DNA of 64,000 bases from Eledone cirrhosa. Its lineage: Eukaryota. Position numbers and translations under genes: made by a program. The notes beneath the pieces were generated by a model. That model was not told the origin of the DNA and did not search any database. It worked only from the letters and a program-made list of their open reading frames with translations. Below are positions 58,926-64,000 of the stretch, piece by piece; the stretch's first letter is position 1; each line of letters opens with the position of its first letter. The stretch covers positions 21,948,001 through 22,012,000 of the forward strand of contig OZ024743.1 in the NCBI GenBank assembly GCA_964016885.1, read 5' to 3'.

Positions 58926-61900
58926 TAATAATAATAATAATGCTTTCTTTATTAACCACAAGGGTTTACATAAAGTAGACATTAAGGACAGTACAGGACA
59001 ATACAGGACGGTACAAATGGGCATTTATGTGTGTAAAAAAAAACAGAGGATGTAATAAAAAAAATAACAATGAAAAATTCCCCAATAGGGGGGAGACTTC
59101 CGAGGGACATTTGTGGAGAAAGCCCATTAAAAAGCCACAGTGACCCTGACCACCAGGGAAAGTGCCCTCTCCCAGTTTCCACCTTTAATTTACAGACAGA
59201 TACTCAGAGAAGGCCCATTCACACGGGCCATACTTGCTTCTGTCACCCATCTTTCAACAAAATGCTGGGAAGAGAGCACTTCTCTCTCTACCCTGATTTT
59301 CCTTTTCAAATGAAATTTGAAAAAGTCAATCAGGGTAAGTCAAAGAGGTAAGTGTTCGTCTTCAGCCCTTTCAAACGTGTCCACCATACTATCTCTTTCG
59401 CCATGGCCACCAGACAGATAAAAAACTGCCTGCCCTTCCCGGCTAAAGGAAGAGGGTGGGGCAATCCTCACGATGGACTCAGCTGATAGCCGGATCCGTC
59501 CTACACGTGACAGCAGGTGTTCGACATAAACCCACAAGTCAGCAATGCTCGGACACTGGACGAGTTCGTGCAGGAGGGTTTCGTCGCCCTGCGCGCATCT
59601 CGGACATGCCCGGCTGACGGCACCTCCATGCCTGTAGAGTTTATCCCGAACTGGCAAAGCTCCTCGGTAGCACTGCCAGGCCAGGTATTTCTGGAAGTTG
59701 TCCATATGCCCGGCCCGAAAGTCCTTCCGAAGAGATTGGCTAGTTGATTTTCGTCGACGCCTAGAGTTTCTCCAAGTACGTCGTAGCTCTTCCCCTCCAC
59801 TAATCCTCTATAGAACGCCAAGGTGAAGTTTCCACCGATCACATTGCCCGATTGGTTGAGGGCTGTGAGCGCCTGAAGACATTCTAGTCTCCAAGCTCTC
59901 CCTCTCGGTCTTCGCTTGACCTAGGACTGCAGCTCCGTCAAGGAGACGAGCTGGGGAAATACGTGTCTAGCAAACGGCGACAACACCTGATCACCGTCGA
60001 GGAAGAGGTGGAGCTGTCGTAGCCTGAGCGCGTGTCTGTGCATCATCAGCCACGGCATGCCCAGCCCTCCACGTAGCGGGTGTTGACAGCAGATGGACCG
60101 CTTGACCATCGGAGCACGTCCCTTCCACAAAAAGCGAAAGAGCAAACGCTCCAGCGCAGTCAGGCGGGGCTTAGGACAAGGTACGACGATCAGGCGGTAG
60201 TAGATGACGGACGCGATGTACGCGTTAGCCACCTCCGCTCGACCTTTCAGGGATAGCTTCCTCTCCGCCCATTTCTGGGTGAGAGAAGCCACCCTGCTCG
60301 TCACCTCGTCCCAATTTTTGTCCGTCTGGAGGTCCGGACCGAACCAGACACCTAGCAATTTAATCGGTCTGTCCGTCCAGCGCCCGACGACGCTGTTGGA
60401 CGGCATGGACCTGCCTCTCCAGGTGCCGAGCTGCAGGCCCACTGACTTTTCCTGGTTGATCATTGCTCCTGTCACCGCTTCGTATTCTCTTAGTGTAGTG
60501 CCGATCTCCTCGATGTGTTTGGCGTTCGACACCACTACGGTGACATCGTCCGCATATGCTGACACGGATCTTCCGCATCCTAGTTCGCGCGGAACCCCCC
60601 TCAACGTCTCCAGTTTGTGCAGTAATGGCTCGAGAGTCAATACGTACAAGAGGGACGAGAGGGAACATCCTTGGCGGACCGAGCGCATGATGTTGAACGG
60701 TTCCGAAAGGTGACCGTTCACTCTCACCACAGAGCAGATCTCGTTGTGCATGGCAGCGATCCAGCCTCTGAAGACGGGCCCAAAGCCAGCTTGCCTCAGG
60801 ACTGCCGCTAGGTAATGATGGTCGACCCTATCGAAAGCTTTCGACTGATCTAAATTGATCAAGGACCCACCCGTGCTAGGTTCCCTAGCTACCCTCTCTA
60901 CGATGTATCGCATGAGGTGGAGGTTGTCGTGGATGGATCTGTCGGGAATGACGCACGTCTGAGCCTCTCCCACCAGACCACCAACGACAAGCGCCAACCT
61001 ATTTGCTAGCACCTTGGCCAAAATCTTGAACTCTGTGTTTAGCAGAGTTATGGGCCTGAAATTATCTATGTTATCCCCCTTGTTCGGATCCTTTCTCAGC
61101 AGCGCCACTGCTCCTCGGCTCACAGAGCTGGGAATTCTCCCGTTCTGTTGCCAGTTGCAGTAGACGTCCGCCAAGAGGCCTCCGAACAAGTCTGGCATCT
61201 GTACGTAAAGTTCATAGGGCAGACCATCCAAACCAGGCGATTTACCCCTTGTGCATCCAGTCATTGCCTCCCGTACTTCAGCGGTTGTTATCGGATTTTC
61301 GCAACACTCCGCCTCAGTGGCCGAGAGCCGCGGCAGTCCGTCGAGGTAGACACTAAAGTCCATCCCTCGATCCGGCCCGCAGCTGCCCCCGAACAGCTGG
61401 GCGAAGTGTCGCTGAAAAGCTTGACACATTTTCCCGGGATCGAGTAGCATGCACCCGTCGTGGTCCACCAAAGACCGGATCGTGGCTTTGTTGCCACGGC
61501 GCGCCTGCGCCACTCGGGCCCATTGAACGGCTTTCATCCCCTCGTGTCTGAGCGCACGCACCCAAGCTCTGACAACGCAGCCTTCGTACTTTGCATTAAA
61601 GAATTGGTCAAGGGCCAATTTCGCCGCAAGTACGTCGGTCGCGATGCCTTTTCTAAGCGCCTCGTCTAATTTTCTAACTAATTCTCCCTCTGCTCTATTT
61701 TTCTCTATTGCTAAAGCCTTACTAAACCTAATGGACTTTATTCTAATTGCTCTTTTCAGAGCAAACCACCACTTGTTGACGATGGCCCCGTAAACGCCCG
61801 CTTAACTAGTTCGCTAATCCGGTCTCTGTAGGCCTTGCGCGCTGGTAAGGACGCGTTTAGCTTCCAGTAGCCGGGTCCTCGTCTATGAAGCCTATCTAAG

Positions 61901-64000
61901 TCAAGCACACAGATCACGAATTTGTGGTCCGTGTAGCTGACTATCTTGAATTGTGGACAGCCTATGCTAGACCTATCTATTTCCCTACAAAATATTCTAT
62001 CTAGATATGATCTAGATGACTCTATGCGATTTGTCCAAGTCCACATTGGCACATTCGGGAAATCCAATCGGTACCTGTCAGACAGTTCAAAACGCCTTAG
62101 CAGGTTGGTGAGACTCTTGCACCTTCCTCCCCTATCCGTTAATAGTCCCGCCGTGCATCTAAGATCCCGTTCCAGTCGCCTACTAACACTAAAGAGCGGG
62201 ACGTTCCAAGAAAGGTCTCCAGACGCCGGAAGAAATCAGGCCGCCCTGCTCCTGTCGGGGCATAGACGGCCACTAGCCTGAAAGCTTGCCTGTCTCCGCT
62301 GGTCACGTCCAGCACCACCAACTTACCTTCTGGGTTCAGGAAGATGGCCCATATGGCGAGATCCAAACCTCTCCGAAAAAGCACAGCAACTCCCCCCCCC
62401 CCCCCCGATCCCGGACGGCTGGGAGATGCGTACACATCGTAGCTGCCGAAGATCGGTGCGAAGGCCCGTGCTTCGGAGATTCTGGTCTCGCTGATGGCCA
62501 CTACATCTATGTTTAGTGACCTGAGGTCGTTGAGCAGGTGGCCCTGCTTCCATGACGATCCCAAGCCACGCGCATTTATGCTGCCTATTCTGAGTGAGGT
62601 CATGTTGAAATGGAGTGGAAAAGATGGGAAAGACCACTTACCTTACTTCTCGTAGAGGAAGGACGGTTTCTCCATCCTTTTCACTGCTTGTGGCCACCTC
62701 AGGAAGGATGTCCTTATAAATACTTCTGGAGAGTGCTTGTCGGAAGTCTCCGATGTCTTTGGGGAATTTTTTGTTTTAGTGTCATGTACGTTTTCTGTGT
62801 GATGCGAGTGATTTGTATGTGTGGAGGTGGTGTGAACTTTTGGGTTGTTGTGTAGTCTTTTTCTGTGATGCTGGTGTTGTGTTGGATGTAGTGTAATAAT
62901 TGGTTGTTGTTCAAATTTAATGCTGTGTAGTGTGTATCGTTTTGGTTGTTTTGTTTTGTTTGTGTTTGTTGTGGGTTTGTTTCTGTTTCGCTTTTTGGTG
63001 ACTTTTGTGGTGTAGGTGATGGTGGTGTTGGGGTTAATGATGGTGATGGTGTTGGTGTTTGGGTTGATGGGGTTGGTGATGCTGGTGTGGATGGTGGCAT
63101 AGTTGTCCTAACTTTTTTTTTGATAGTTTATTTGTTTCCCTCTGTATTTTGTTTTTGGAGGGGGAAGGAAGGGGATTTTTTTCTTTTTTGGTTTCTTTTT
63201 TCTTTTTTTCTTTTTTTCTTTTTTTCTTTTTTTCTTTTTTTCTGATACCGTTTCCCACTCCTCGTCCTCACAATCTGTCTCCAGTTGCGATAGGAGTGGA
63301 AAATCCTCCACAGGCGTTGGTTTTGGTTGTGGTGTGGTGGATTGTGTAGGCGCTGGTGCTAGTTCTGGCACGTCGGGTGGTGGTGGTGTTGGTTTTGCTA
63401 CTGTTGCTGGGGTTGTTGCTCTTACAGTTGCTTCTGTTGTTGCTGCTACAGTTGTTGCTGTCATTTCTGCTGCTGGTGGTGTTGATGGTTGAGTCACAGG
63501 GGTGGGTAAGAGAGGTGGCCTCAACCTTTTAGCCTGAGGGCAGAAAGCCCTTAGGTGGGTTCCTTCACCACAAACGACACACCTAGGCCTTCTGCCCTCG
63601 ACGATTATGGTGAGGTGGCTGCCGTCAGTGAGGTCTATTACCTCTGGGATCTCCTCAATGCTTTTTTGGTCCGCTTGGATCAGGAGCTCCAGCCCAGATC
63701 CGGACCAGTTCTTCTTTTCTTTCGCTATTTCGATTATCTTGGTGTTGGCTTCGATACCGGCGAGGACGGCAGCCATTAGCCAGGGAATTTCGATGGCCGG
63801 TGGAACGTGGGTCACCCTGATCTTCACGAGCCACAATAGCTTGGGACGAGTGTGAAGTCGTCACTTCTTAATGGGGCAATGGAGTGTTCTCTGGCCTCCT
63901 GTGGTGTTTTAAAGAACACGTCCACGGTTCCATATTTCTACCCACGTCAGATGTGTGGGTTTTTTTGCCCACACATGTCCCAAAGCTTTTTGGATTTGGG
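58926..64000 (-). mobile_element. Tx1/L1-clade LINE copy C (same family as copy A), running off the window end
   Basis: ORF2 from 62603, 565 aa RT frame 59921..61618, ORF1 63108..63836 with CCHC knuckle; 3' UTR and (TTA)n end nearly identical to copy A. Confidence 0.92.
59170..62603 (-). pseudogene. ORF2 (APE-RT-zf-RVT) of copy C, frameshifted/nonsense
   Basis: ORFs 62139..62603, 61756..62067, 59921..61618, 59501..59842 and 59340..59705. Confidence 0.9.

Noticed and set aside
60204-60713. Plus-strand ORFs overlapping the LINE RTs (also 26106..26459 and 21413..21721)
   Set aside because: Antisense shadows of GC-rich RT coding sequence.

Overview
AT-rich, microsatellite-dense animal genomic DNA with no recognisable host protein-coding gene. 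The SINE and repeat landscape suggests an octopus-like cephalopod (inference). The window is almost entirely mobile DNA. It holds three Tx1/L1-clade LINEs (APE-RT-zf, all disrupted) and fragments of R4/Dong-like, CRE-like, RTE-type and Helitron elements. It also holds two Penelope-like element (PLE) GIY-YIG 3' ends, many tRNA-derived SINE copies and several MITEs. The main unexpected signal is a dispersed set of about 15 loci (18 motifs counting mirror copies) with type I hammerhead-ribozyme architecture (stem I-CUGANGA-stem II-GAAA-stem III-UH-stem I), each different in sequence. Most sit in small non-coding elements inserted into (TA)n tracts, with inverted or direct terminal duplications. 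Three of these elements reconstruct ~430-480 nt circularly permuted monomers, i.e. a PLE-associated, retrozyme-like system. All base pairings were read by eye; no folding, alignment or database search was run.
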